DNA of 55,955 bases from Bdellovibrionales bacterium (GCA_040380025.1 JBEIJY010000014.1:1-55955); one strand, 5' to 3'. Numbered from the stretch's first letter, positions 39,357-49,030 are shown. Program-made: numbers and translations. Notes: generated by a model from the letters alone, not told the origin.

Positions 39357-39481
39357 GCGCCGAGCCTAGCGGAGGGACACTTCGGATTCAATCGAAATCC
39401 ATGAAACCGCAACCATCGGGGTTTTATCCTGTACATCCGAGACACTCCCCGTTAAGCACTCGACTCATGCGATTGGGTACC

Positions 39482-41653
39482 ATGATTCTTAGGCGAGCGC
39501 TTGCGCTTCTGTTCCTGATTTTGGCCGTCTCCTTCCCGTCTGTTCCTGCGCTGGCAACCCCCGAGGATCCATGCAACGAGCTTCTCGTCGGAGAACCCGA
39601 TCCGAACCGGAACCCCCTCCTTTCGAGCCAGAAAATCATCGAGTGGACGGCGATCACCCCGAACCACGTTCTCGAGGCGGCCCGCCACCAGGCGCGCGTG
39701 TTCAAAAAGGAATTCCTGAAAATCCTGACCTCCGCGGAGCCCCCCACCTTCGAGAACACCATCCTCGCGATCGAGTTCGCCTACGAGGACTTGAATCGCA
39801 CCATGAGCGTCCAAAGCATTCTCGATCTGAACCGGAATACCGCCGAGCTTCAGCGCGTTTTGCCAGAACTGAACCGGATCAGCTCGGACCTCACCCAGAA
39901 GATCTACACCAATCGCGCCCTGTTCAACCGGATCAAGCAAATCAGCGAAACCGTACTGCCGGGATCCGAGGAATCACTGATTCTGAATGAGTATGTGGAG
40001 TCCTTCGAAGAGGCGGGATTTCATCTGTCGAACGAGCATCAACGCGAACTCGACCGGATCGAAGACAAGCTCACCGTGCTCTCGAACCAGTTCGACCAGA
40101 ACATCCTGACCCGCAGAAACGCGATCCGGGTCCGCATCCGCGATCTTTCGGAACTCGACGGGGTCCCGGAGCGAGTTCTTCAGGCCGTACGGAGAACACG
40201 CGACGGGAATGGTGACCATTGGATTCCCTTGAGGGAGTCGTCACTCGTGGGAGTCATCATGGAGAAGGCGAATTCCAGCGAATTGCGCCAAAAACTGTAC
40301 CATGCGTTCGCCCAAGAAAGCGTCGCTTCGCGGTATCTCACGCCCGAAGAGGCGGGAGAAGCCTGGAAGATCGACAATCGCCCTTTGGTGATCGAAATCG
40401 CGAACCTCCGAATCAAGAAAGCGCGCATCCTCGGACACGAACGCTACGCCGATCGGGTCCTGACGAATCGCATGGCGAAAAATGTCGAACAACTGCGAAA
40501 ATTCTACGCCGATCTCGCCCCGCGAATCGAGCACGCCGTCGAACGCGAAAAGCAGGAGCTCCTGGCCTTTGCGCGAACACTCGACCGGAACATCCAAGAG
40601 ATTCCCGCATGGGACGAACCCTACTATGCATCAAGGCTATCGGAACACAAGTTCCGGATCGATCGCGAGAAAGTCCGCGAGTACTTCGAGGTCGGACATA
40701 CCACCCGCAAGGTTTTTGATTTTCTAGAGAACCTGTTCGGACTCAAGATCGAGAAGACTGCGCTGACAAGCTATCTGCCCGAGGTCGAGGTTTACCGCGT
40801 TCTGGATGTCTCGACCGGAAAGCATCTGGCCGAGATCCATCTGGATCTGTTCTCGCGGAGCACGAAACAACCCGGCGCGTGGAAGGCCGGAATCCAAAAG
40901 GCCGGAGTCTCCCGCGCCGGTCGCGACACGGCCATTTTGCAAGTCTCGATGAACATCGACCGCGCCCCCGAGGGCCTCCCGACCCTTCTGCGCGTGAGCG
41001 ACGTAAAAACGCTGTTTCATGAAATGGGCCATGCTCTTCATGAATGCCTTACGACGGTCCGGTACAAGACCTTCGCGGGAACCGCCGTGTACCGCGACTT
41101 TGTCGAGTTCCCGTCCCAGATCATGGAAAACTGGGTCCTTACTCCCGAGTTCCTGAAGACCGCCGCCATTCATTACCAAACCCGCGCGCCCATGCCGGCC
41201 GACTGGGCTGACCGGATCCGGGCGGCCAGCTCCTTCCGCGCCGGAAGAAAAATCCAGAACCAAATGCTTCTCGGGCTGATCGATCTTGAGTGGCATTCCA
41301 TCCGCGAGGAATTCACCGCGGCCGGCCCGGCACTCGTGGATGACTTCGAGAGAGCCATTCACGAACAATCCGGAATCCAGTTCGACGAGGCCCGGGTGAT
41401 CTCGCCCGGATTCGACCACATCTTCAGCGGCGGGTACGCCGCCGGATACTACGGCTATCTGTGGGCGAACTTGCTCGATGCCGACGGGTTCCAGTTCTGG
41501 TACTCGGACCCGGAAAAAATCAAAGAGCGGGCGATGTCCCTCCGGAAACTGATCTTGAGTCGCGGCGGAACCGCCGATCCGAACGAGCTCTATCGGAAAT
41601 GGCGGGGCCAGGATCCCGATCCGGAGTTGTTTTTAAAGCACAACGGGCTTTAA
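39482..41653 (+). CDS. M3-family metallopeptidase (oligopeptidase A/Dcp-like) with signal peptide
   Basis: PTFENTI, LFHEMGHALH, DFVEFPSQIMENW, HIFSGGYAAGYYGYLWA. Start uncertain (39467 or 39482). Confidence 0.92.
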   Translation: MILRRALALLFLILAVSFPSVPALATPEDPCNELLVGEPDPNRNPLLSSQKIIEWTAITPNHVLEAARHQARVFKKEFLKILTSAEPPTFENTILAIEFAYEDLNRTMSVQSILDLNRNTAELQRVLPELNRISSDLTQKIYTNRALFNRIKQISETVLPGSEESLILNEYVESFEEAGFHLSNEHQRELDRIEDKLTVLSNQFDQNILTRRNAIRVRIRDLSELDGVPERVLQAVRRTRDGNGDHWIPLRESSLVGVIMEKANSSELRQKLYHAFAQESVASRYLTPEEAGEAWKIDNRPLVIEIANLRIKKARILGHERYADRVLTNRMAKNVEQLRKFYADLAPRIEHAVEREKQELLAFARTLDRNIQEIPAWDEPYYASRLSEHKFRIDREKVREYFEVGHTTRKVFDFLENLFGLKIEKTALTSYLPEVEVYRVLDVSTGKHLAEIHLDLFSRSTKQPGAWKAGIQKAGVSRAGRDTAILQVSMNIDRAPEGLPTLLRVSDVKTLFHEMGHALHECLTTVRYKTFAGTAVYRDFVEFPSQIMENWVLTPEFLKTAAIHYQTRAPMPADWADRIRAASSFRAGRKIQNQMLLGLIDLEWHSIREEFTAAGPALVDDFERAIHEQSGIQFDEARVISPGFDHIFSGGYAAGYYGYLWANLLDADGFQFWYSDPEKIKERAMSLRKLILSRGGTADPNELYRKWRGQDPDPELFLKHNGL

Positions 41654-41666
41654 ATTCGCAAAAGAA

Positions 41667-44600
41667 TCACTGATTTTGCACAGGCTCGGGAAGCTGGACT
41701 CCACAGCGGAAGCCCGTGGCCCGCTCTCCGCTGCTTCTGATGCGAAACCAGAACCGTCCGGCGATGGAATTCCTGTTCTCGAGAGTATCAGTTTGACTCG
41801 CTCCTCCGTACGCAAGACCCAAAGCCGCATCACCCGTGAACGACATGAATGTGTTCTCACGAAACCGGCTCGCCGAAAACGTGTGGATGGAATGCGCTGA
41901 GTTCGCACTTGCGTTCGTTTCATTCACGGGGATCCCGAGCGGGAGAAGAATTTGGTTCGTTCTCGTGAACTTCACGACCGAAATGGTCGTGCTGTTTTGA
42001 GTCAAGGTCACCCCGGAGAAATCCTGATTCGCGGGATCCCAGGAAGAGACCTCCACTTCTCCATTCGCCGGATATTGCACAGAGTTCTTGAACTTCTCAG
42101 AGGCCCATTGTCTGACATTTCCGACCATGTCCTGAGCCCCGTACCGCGAAACACAGTTACGAGTCACATCACTCCCGATCCGGACCGCCCGGTGTGCCGA
42201 GGCGATCGAATCGGGTGTCAAACTACGCGCCCACTGATCCCGGTCATTCGCGGTGTTGCTATCGTCAAATGCAAGACCTTGACCACCATTCGTATTGCAT
42301 GAGTTGGCGAAAGTTCCGCGCTCGATATTGAGAATCTCGGCATCCGAAAGGGTTTTCTTCCAAGCCGAAACGAGAATTTGCTCTTTTCTGCGAATCAACC
42401 GCTTGGCGAGGGACTGGCCACCGACGGAGATGGTCTGTGCTCCGCAGAGCATCGCAGCCCCGCTCTGGGATAGGTTCACCAAAGGAGGAAGCCCGGGCTC
42501 ATTGGATGCGATTTTATTCAGCACCGCAGGCGAGGTTCCGCCTGTAAGAACCATGGCAGTCCGCCATTGTTTTTGCTCCGGGCGTCCTTCTGAATAACTG
42601 CAGTAACCGCTTTTGCGACTGTAAAAGATTGTTCCTTCGGACGCCGAAATCCTTCCGTCAGGCGAGGTTTCAGCAGTATCATATTCGTCATAATTGCATC
42701 CCTGCCCGTAGGCATCGACGAACATCGAGTACCCGAGATCAAAATGCCCGTTGATCATGCCCGCTGCTCCGTTTTTCACAAAACACCGGTAATGATTATT
42801 CCGTTGGACAGGTCCGGAATCAGTGGCCTGATTTCCGGTTCTCATCATCTCCTCGCACATCTCGCGGTTCGCGGCCCAACGGTGCAAGAGCACCATATTC
42901 GCAGGCGGAGTGATGATCGTGACCTCCCGATCGGTGGAGTTCAAATCATTCTGCATCTGGATCGGAGCCCCCGCGACCACGGGGGCGATGGTGTAGTAAT
43001 AGGTGGCGCCACCGACCACGGCTGCATCGGTGAACTCACGGACTGCGGCCCCAATCAGGGTACCATTCAAAGGTGAATTGTAATCCTGCCCGCCCGGAGT
43101 GGTGGCGCGATAAATATTGTAGCCTTCGATCGGTCCGGACGGGCTCACTTGCGCGGCCTCATCCCAACTCAGAGTGACTTCGGCGGGTTGCTGATCCATC
43201 GGGACAGAATCCCCCACAGCATTGATTTTCCGCGCTTTATTCGAAGGCATCTTCCTGCCCACCGCCTTGATTCCGGTCCATCCCTTGAAGACCGCGCTCC
43301 TCAGCGTAAAAACCCCCGAAACCACCGGTGAAAGAGTCACGCCGCCGCAGGATCCCGAGGCACGGATCCGTTTTGCTCCGACCGTATTGATCGATAGCCC
43401 CGACCAGTTTGCAAGCGCCTGACTCGCTTGAACCGGATCGGTGCTCGACAAAACGCCATCTCCTTCGGCCAGAGACAACTGAAACGAAGAGTTCCCCGTC
43501 GAACAAGCCGGAACTGGGTTGTCGTACTGATCGCGAATTTCCGCCTCGGGTTGGGAGCGAAAAGGGCGTCCCGCGGTATCATTCCCGGGCTCTTTTTTAA
43601 AGGCGAGTCTTGAGGGCGATCCCGGAACAACCATGAGCCCTTCACTCGCAGGCTGAAGCGGGTTCGAACTCGCAGTGATGGTCTTCGCACCGGCAAGGGT
43701 GCTTTTGAAGAACACCACTGTTCCTGATGATCCCGAAGCAATTGTTGTTTGAGCCGTCATCGCTCCAGAGCAGTTATTGGTGTCGTAAAATCCCCCTCCC
43801 CCCGTCACCGAGAGGTTCACCGCCGTGGCCGTCGCCGGGGAGGCAAGGTTCTGATACGAATCCTCCCGCGAAATCACAACCTGAATGCAATCCCCGGCAG
43901 ACGGTGCCAGCGTCGCAGGAAGAAGGGTCAGACGATGAAGCGCTCCTGCCACAGCGGTTGCCGTAAAAGATACATCTCTTCCTTCGTTCGTCACCCGAAC
44001 CGACTGCGAAAGAGAAGCATTCGTTCCCAGCGTGAACCGTGTGCTCGCACGGCCGCTTGCGTCGCTTGCGACCTGAGCGGGGCTCACACTGCCGCCGCCC
44101 GACTGCACCGCAAAACTCATGCTTGCATTCGGAACAGGATTCCCGAACTCATCCCGCACCTCGACCACAAGCGGGATCTCCAGCTGCTCTCCCGCCGTAC
44201 CCGACTGCGAATCGCCCGAAATTCTCACGAGATCTTGAGCCGGACCCGAAGAAATCTCGATTGCGCTCGAACAAGCGCTCTTCAGAATTCCGGCGCTCGC
44301 CTTCACATAGAGCAAACCGGCCCGAGTGGAAGTGATTCGTTCGAGTCGAGCGATCCCCTCCGAGGCGGCCACTTCAAGATTGCCTCCGAGATTTGCCGCT
44401 CCGCCGGGAGCGGGCAAGGCCGGTTCGGTGCACAAAGAATCCCGAAACGCCGCGATCGAGATCCTTGCCGCACTCGAAGCGACTTGCTGTTCGTCCTGAT
44501 CCAACACCATTACGGCGAAGCCAAAGCTTTCGCCTGCTCTTCCCGTTGTCGGAGGCGAAACCGAGAATCGAAGCTGGGCGGCGGTCTGAGTCTTGACCTC

Positions 44601-45110
44601 AGTAATTTGCGGTTGCACCGGCACAGAAGGGACAGCAGGGTTGCCTTGAGGCTCGAGCGTCGCAATGACGGGCGCCGGTGGAACGCTTGCAGGATTCGAC
44701 GCCGGAGCGCGAATGATTCCGATGAAGGGCACCGTTGCAGGACTGGAGGAGGCGGACGGCGCAGGAACCACCGAGGAAGAACGGGCCACAAAACCGACTC
44801 CGAGAAAATCAGTCTTGGGGGAATACCCGCCCGACAAATCAACCTGGTCCGTCCGGACCGATACGGATTCATCTTCCTTGGGAACCGGAGCCTTGTCCTG
44901 CTGTTGTGGCTTCGAAACAGAGGGACTGAGCGCGACCACCGGGGGGCTGACCTCGAGAGCGGCCTTCAACGCAGACACGGTTGCCGGAACAGGCTTAGGC
45001 GCGCTCTGAGATCGGAGCTGGGAAGCAGGGAACTCCGGGGCATCCCGAAAAAGCCACAACAACAGCGCAATCAGGGCCAAGCCCAAACCGACTCTCACTC
45101 TTTTTTTCAT
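41667..45110 (-). CDS. Large membrane-anchored surface protein: Pro-rich stalk, invasin-like Ig domains, FN3-like domain, C-terminal FGE-sulfatase/C-type-lectin-fold domain
   Basis: N-terminal TM; VRDEFGNPVPN and IRDQYDNPV Big_1-like motifs; GYNIYRAT...TYYYTI FN3-like; SRYGAQDMVGNVRQW...GFRC. Confidence 0.7.
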   Translation of the reverse strand: MKKRVRVGLGLALIALLLWLFRDAPEFPASQLRSQSAPKPVPATVSALKAALEVSPPVVALSPSVSKPQQQDKAPVPKEDESVSVRTDQVDLSGGYSPKTDFLGVGFVARSSSVVPAPSASSSPATVPFIGIIRAPASNPASVPPAPVIATLEPQGNPAVPSVPVQPQITEVKTQTAAQLRFSVSPPTTGRAGESFGFAVMVLDQDEQQVASSAARISIAAFRDSLCTEPALPAPGGAANLGGNLEVAASEGIARLERITSTRAGLLYVKASAGILKSACSSAIEISSGPAQDLVRISGDSQSGTAGEQLEIPLVVEVRDEFGNPVPNASMSFAVQSGGGSVSPAQVASDASGRASTRFTLGTNASLSQSVRVTNEGRDVSFTATAVAGALHRLTLLPATLAPSAGDCIQVVISREDSYQNLASPATATAVNLSVTGGGGFYDTNNCSGAMTAQTTIASGSSGTVVFFKSTLAGAKTITASSNPLQPASEGLMVVPGSPSRLAFKKEPGNDTAGRPFRSQPEAEIRDQYDNPVPACSTGNSSFQLSLAEGDGVLSSTDPVQASQALANWSGLSINTVGAKRIRASGSCGGVTLSPVVSGVFTLRSAVFKGWTGIKAVGRKMPSNKARKINAVGDSVPMDQQPAEVTLSWDEAAQVSPSGPIEGYNIYRATTPGGQDYNSPLNGTLIGAAVREFTDAAVVGGATYYYTIAPVVAGAPIQMQNDLNSTDREVTIITPPANMVLLHRWAANREMCEEMMRTGNQATDSGPVQRNNHYRCFVKNGAAGMINGHFDLGYSMFVDAYGQGCNYDEYDTAETSPDGRISASEGTIFYSRKSGYCSYSEGRPEQKQWRTAMVLTGGTSPAVLNKIASNEPGLPPLVNLSQSGAAMLCGAQTISVGGQSLAKRLIRRKEQILVSAWKKTLSDAEILNIERGTFANSCNTNGGQGLAFDDSNTANDRDQWARSLTPDSIASAHRAVRIGSDVTRNCVSRYGAQDMVGNVRQWASEKFKNSVQYPANGEVEVSSWDPANQDFSGVTLTQNSTTISVVKFTRTNQILLPLGIPVNETNASANSAHSIHTFSASRFRENTFMSFTGDAALGLAYGGASQTDTLENRNSIAGRFWFRIRSSGERATGFRCGVQLPEPVQNQ

Positions 45111-45156
45111 GATCCCCTATCCCCCAAACAACCCTTCGAACTGGGCCCCACTTACG

Positions 45157-45184
45157 ATTATACAGCGCATTAAACAAATCTCAA
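45157..45184 (-). promoter_or_regulatory. sigma70 promoter of the surface protein gene
   Basis: Minus strand TTGAGA-N16-TATAAT in an AT-rich intergenic region. Confidence 0.55.
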
Positions 45185-45316
45185 CAACTTCAATCATGTA
45201 TTTTAAACTCATAAATTCAATAACTTAAAAGGCACACCTCAATAAACAACCCCCATGACCCCACCCTTCTCACCCACTCAAACCCGTGTTAGGATTCACA
45301 AAAAAGTGAGGAACCC

Positions 45317-45895
45317 ATGAAATCAAGTTTGATCGCCCTCCTGGCTCTCCTGGGCCTGCTCGGAACCGGGGCCCTTTGGTACATCAGCGCAGGCAATGGC
45401 CTGGTCGCTCTCGATGAAAAAGTGAACAGCTCTTGGTCGCAGGTCGAAAACGTCTACCAACGTCGCGCCGACCTGATTCCGAATCTCGTCAATACCGTGA
45501 AGGGATACGCCAAGCACGAAGCCGAGGTCCTGACCTCGATCACCGAGGCGCGGGCCTCCGTGGGCCAGGTGAAAGTGACCTCGCCCGGGGATCTGAAAAA
45601 ATTCGACGAGGCCCAAGGAAAGCTCTCGGGAGCGCTCTCGCGCCTCCTTGTGGTCGCCGAGCGCTACCCCGAGCTGAAGGCGAACCAGAACTTCATCGAA
45701 CTGCAAAGTCAGCTCGAAGGCGCCGAGAACCGCATCACGGTCGAACGGCAACGCTTCAACGAAGCGGCCCGCGAGTTCAACACCGCCATCCGTCAATTCC
45801 CCCGCTCGTTTGTTGCCGAATCCAAGGGGTTCAAACCCCGCGAGTACTTCGAAGCGAAAGCGGGAGCGGAGAATGTTCCCGAAGTCAAATTCTAG
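45317..45895 (+). CDS. lemA: LemA family protein
   Basis: WSQVENVYQRRADLIPNLV, ERYPELKANQNF, ENRITVERQRFN. Confidence 0.95.
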   Translation: MKSSLIALLALLGLLGTGALWYISAGNGLVALDEKVNSSWSQVENVYQRRADLIPNLVNTVKGYAKHEAEVLTSITEARASVGQVKVTSPGDLKKFDEAQGKLSGALSRLLVVAERYPELKANQNFIELQSQLEGAENRITVERQRFNEAAREFNTAIRQFPRSFVAESKGFKPREYFEAKAGAENVPEVKF

Positions 45896-45935
45896 CAAAC
45901 CAAATCATGCTCGATTCTTCGAGCGCAGATCGCTC

Positions 45936-46694
45936 ATGACCGTCCTGCTTGCAGGACTGGTTGCTTTGCAGGGCGCTTTGATCGGGCAAGCCTGCTTTGC
46001 GCTCGATCTACCCGAAAGCCCTCCCGATTATCTCCACGACGGGGCGGGGATTCTTGCGCCCGAGGACCGGGCCCGAATCAGCCGGCAACTGCGCGAAGAG
46101 GACCTGCGCTCGGGAAATCAAATCGTGATCGCCACCTTTGGCTCGCTCGACGGCGAAGACGCAGTGGATTTCACGAACCGGCTGTTTACGAAATGGAGAC
46201 CCGGGCAAAAGGACAAGAACAACGGCGTCCTGCTTGCGTTCTTCATGAAGGATCGAAAAATCCGGATCGAGGTCGGATACGGGCTTGAGCCCGTCCTGAC
46301 CGACGCAATCAGCAAGCGGATCATCGAAACCCGCATCAAACCGCGGTTTCGCGCCGGAGAATACGCGCAGGGAATCGAAGACGGAGCCCGTTCCGTCATC
46401 GGGCGAATCCGGGGCGACGAGGCCGAAATCCTCGCCACCGATGCCCCGAGCGAGCGAAAAGCCGCACGCCGGGCGGCGCTCTTGTTTCTCTTGCTTCCGG
46501 TCCTCCTTCTGTTCTTTTTTGCAAATGTTCTTCGCACCACCACACTGGGCTCGCGGACCCGTCGACACGGGCACGGCGGATTCGGCGGCTGGAGTGGCGG
46601 CGGGTTAGGTGGTGGCGGATTCGGAGGAGGAGGCGGTGGATTCTCTGGCGGGGGCGGATTCAGCGGCGGTGGAGGTGCGAGCGGTGATTGGTGA
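45936..46694 (+). CDS. TPM-domain (DUF477/YgcG-like) protein with Gly-rich tail
   Basis: NNGVLL, RIEVGYGLEPVLTD; ends GGGGFSGGGGASGDW. Confidence 0.9.
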   Translation: MTVLLAGLVALQGALIGQACFALDLPESPPDYLHDGAGILAPEDRARISRQLREEDLRSGNQIVIATFGSLDGEDAVDFTNRLFTKWRPGQKDKNNGVLLAFFMKDRKIRIEVGYGLEPVLTDAISKRIIETRIKPRFRAGEYAQGIEDGARSVIGRIRGDEAEILATDAPSERKAARRAALLFLLLPVLLLFFFANVLRTTTLGSRTRRHGHGGFGGWSGGGLGGGGFGGGGGGFSGGGGFSGGGGASGDW

Positions 46695-47112
46695 GTTTTG
46701 GATCCGAAAAAAGAAAATCATGGCCGGCATCGAAGCCGCCGAGGCCGGAACAAGCGGCGAGATCCGCGTGCATCTTTCGTATGACCGCAAGGAGCAAGAC
46801 CTCCTCGAACAGGCAAAGAAGCGGTTTCATGAACTCGGCATGACCAACACCCTCGAGCGCAACGCCGTGTTGATTTATGTCAATCCGGCCCTTCGCAAGT
46901 TCGCCCTCTTTGGCGATCAGGGCATCCATGAAAAGGTCGGCGAGGAGTTCTGGCTTGCTCTCACACCTAAAATTTCTGAACGCATCCATCAAAAAAGCCC
47001 CACCGAGGGAATTCTTCTCGCGGTTCAGATCGTCGGAGAAGCCCTGAAGGCTCACTTCCCGGCGCACGAAAAAAACCCGAACGAACTTCCGAACGATCTG
47101 TCCAAAAGCTGA
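46684..47112 (+). CDS. TPM-domain protein (second member of the lemA operon)
   Basis: AEAGTSGEIRVH, TLERNAVLIY, GDQGIHEKV, NPNELPN. Start is GTG 46684 or ATG 46720. Confidence 0.85.
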   Translation: MIGEFWIRKKKIMAGIEAAEAGTSGEIRVHLSYDRKEQDLLEQAKKRFHELGMTNTLERNAVLIYVNPALRKFALFGDQGIHEKVGEEFWLALTPKISERIHQKSPTEGILLAVQIVGEALKAHFPAHEKNPNELPNDLSKS

Positions 47113-47159
47113 GTTTGAGAGCGGAGAAACGGAATCGTTGCCTCTTGAGCAGGAACTCC

Positions 47160-47187
47160 TTGCACGAAGAAACACGACGATTATGAT
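47160..47187 (+). promoter_or_regulatory. sigma70 promoter giving a leaderless transcript
   Basis: TTGCAC-N16-TATGAT, then 6 nt to ATG 47194. Confidence 0.6.
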
Positions 47188-47193
47188 GGACCC

Positions 47194-47514
47194 ATGGTCT
47201 CCCTTGCTCTTGTTTTGACCGCCTCACTGCAGTCAGGACTCTACCATTGCGCTGAAAAGCCCGCCCTTTGCGATCAAAGAGTAGAGGTACACCGGATCGC
47301 CGAAGAAATCCGCCTCTTGCGGGTGGAGTATGTCGGAGACTGCGGGAGCATGGGCCCGTACGATTACCCCTGCATGGACGGGGTTTGCTCCGACCGGAAT
47401 GCTGAGTTCACCCTTTCGGGACCACGCTCGTATCACTGGCGGAATCTCGGCTACCCATTTCGATGTGAATTCCTTCTCCAAACCACACCCGAACCAAGAA
47501 GAAGCACCCCATGA
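47194..47514 (+). CDS. Small six-cysteine hypothetical protein, probably exported
   Basis: Short hydrophobic N-terminus, 6 Cys, own promoter, ATGA overlap with the next gene. Confidence 0.6.
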   Translation: MVSLALVLTASLQSGLYHCAEKPALCDQRVEVHRIAEEIRLLRVEYVGDCGSMGPYDYPCMDGVCSDRNAEFTLSGPRSYHWRNLGYPFRCEFLLQTTPEPRRSTP

Positions 47515-48242
47515 ACCGAGACCACATTCCGTCCATCCCTGATCAGAGCAGTCCTTGGTACCGCTTGAGCGAGTGGCGAAAGCCCAATCTGAAGTGGTGC
47601 GAGGCCCAAAACAACTCGTGGATCATGGAACCGGCGAACACCTGGTCGAACCTGGCGTATCTGCTTGCGGGAGCCTTCATCGCCGTCCACAGCAGAAAAT
47701 TCCAATCGAGGGCGATCCGGTCTTATGCCTGGGTCATGATCGCCATGGGTTTGTGCTCGGCGATCTATCATGCCTCGTTCACCTTCGTGTTCCAGATTCT
47801 CGATTTTTTCGGGATGTACCTGATGACCTCGTTGATGATTTTGATTCAACTGCGAAGGCTCGGGTGGATTCGAGAGGCCATGAACCCCGTGAACTTCTGG
47901 TCGCTCGTCGCGGGAACGACGGCGCTCACCGTGTGGTGCGATTTTTACACGGAATTTCCGATCCAGGCCTTCATTCTCGTGCAGACGCTCCTCATCATCG
48001 GCGCAGAGATCCTGATTTACCGGCGATCAAAGCCAAAACCGAACCTGAATTTCTTCGGGGCCGGCGTCGCATTCATGGCGATTGCCATCACCTTCTCGGC
48101 CCTCGATGCGAGCCGCGTCCTCTGCGATCCCGACAACCACTGGATTCAGGGCCACGCCCTCTGGCATGTCTTCAGCTCGATCGGGGTCACGATGATGTAT
48201 CTTCATCATAGCCGCTTTGATCGCGAACTTGTCGCGAAATGA
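47511..48242 (+). CDS. Alkaline ceramidase-like 7-TM hydrolase (CREST superfamily)
   Basis: WCE...EPANTWSN, SAIYH (SxxxH), QILD, GHALWH (HxxxH); about seven TM segments. Confidence 0.8.
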   Translation: MNRDHIPSIPDQSSPWYRLSEWRKPNLKWCEAQNNSWIMEPANTWSNLAYLLAGAFIAVHSRKFQSRAIRSYAWVMIAMGLCSAIYHASFTFVFQILDFFGMYLMTSLMILIQLRRLGWIREAMNPVNFWSLVAGTTALTVWCDFYTEFPIQAFILVQTLLIIGAEILIYRRSKPKPNLNFFGAGVAFMAIAITFSALDASRVLCDPDNHWIQGHALWHVFSSIGVTMMYLHHSRFDRELVAK

Positions 48243-48249
48243 CCCCGAA

Positions 48250-48957
48250 CTAAAAACTCGCGACAATCGCCGTCGTGAACAGCGTATCGGTCTGAAACGG
48301 GGTTCCGAGTGGCGGCGCGTTGTAGTACCGGACGAGATACCCCGTTTTGATCGAAAAAACCTCGTTCAGCATGGCGGTCAGCGAGACTTCGGAGTTCAGC
48401 TGATACGCCTGCCACAGGGTCAGGTTCGGAAGATACTCCACCCACCATTTCATCGACACGGTTTTGGAAAACAACCGCTCGAGCTCATGATACAGACGCA
48501 CGAACTGGAAGTTCTTGAACCCGTAGGGGTAATTCTCGCGCGAAAACCGGTAGCCGGCCTCGGCGAACCAGGTCCATTGCTCGTTTTTCAGGATCGAATA
48601 AAACCCACCCGCATCGGTGCTGTACCGCTGAAGAAGATTCTGGAATTTATTGCTTTCGATCTTCTGCCCCGCCATGAGGCCGAATCGCGGATTCAACTCC
48701 CGCTTGAATCGGGCGCCGATATCCCACGTGTATGCCGATTCGACCCCCTGATTCGAGGCCGTCAAAAAATCTCCGAAGAGCAATAGCGACGAAGGGCCCC
48801 AGTCCAACTCGCTTTTTTGCTTGAGTGTCAGCGAGGATGTGCGCGCGTTCCCGGTGGTCGCGACCACCCCCGCCGAAGATTCATTCTTGTATCGCGCATG
48901 GGCGGGCCCCGGAGCCAACGCTCCCCATAAAATAGTCAAAACAAGCAGGCGTTTCAT
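48250..48957 (-). CDS. DUF481-family outer membrane beta-barrel protein
   Basis: Signal peptide; TGNARTSS; alternating beta strands; ...TDTLFTTAIVASF terminal Phe; GGAGG RBS. Confidence 0.8.
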   Translation of the reverse strand: MKRLLVLTILWGALAPGPAHARYKNESSAGVVATTGNARTSSLTLKQKSELDWGPSSLLLFGDFLTASNQGVESAYTWDIGARFKRELNPRFGLMAGQKIESNKFQNLLQRYSTDAGGFYSILKNEQWTWFAEAGYRFSRENYPYGFKNFQFVRLYHELERLFSKTVSMKWWVEYLPNLTLWQAYQLNSEVSLTAMLNEVFSIKTGYLVRYYNAPPLGTPFQTDTLFTTAIVASF

Positions 48958-49014
48958 GATGAATTCCTCCGGGAGGGCATCTCATTGCCGACAGCAATCG
49001 ACCCTGCTTAGGCT

Positions 49015-49030
49015 AGCAAAAACTCGGCCA
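49015..49030 (-). promoter_or_regulatory. Possible sigma54 promoter of the DUF481 gene (overlaps an extended -10, TGcTAGCCT)
   Basis: Minus strand TGGCCG-AGTTT-TTGCT. Confidence 0.45.

Noticed and set aside
41667..45316. Diversity-generating retroelement
   Set aside because: A C-type-lectin-fold target is plausible, but no reverse transcriptase, accessory gene or template repeat was seen in the window.
46575..46690. GGC/GGA-rich tandem-like repeats
   Set aside because: They encode the Gly-rich tail typical of TPM-domain proteins.
48958..49000. Fluoride riboswitch-like GGCAATGAGATGCC near the CLC gene
   Set aside because: It lies downstream of the CLC gene and lacks the 3' pseudoknot partner expected of the crcB motif.
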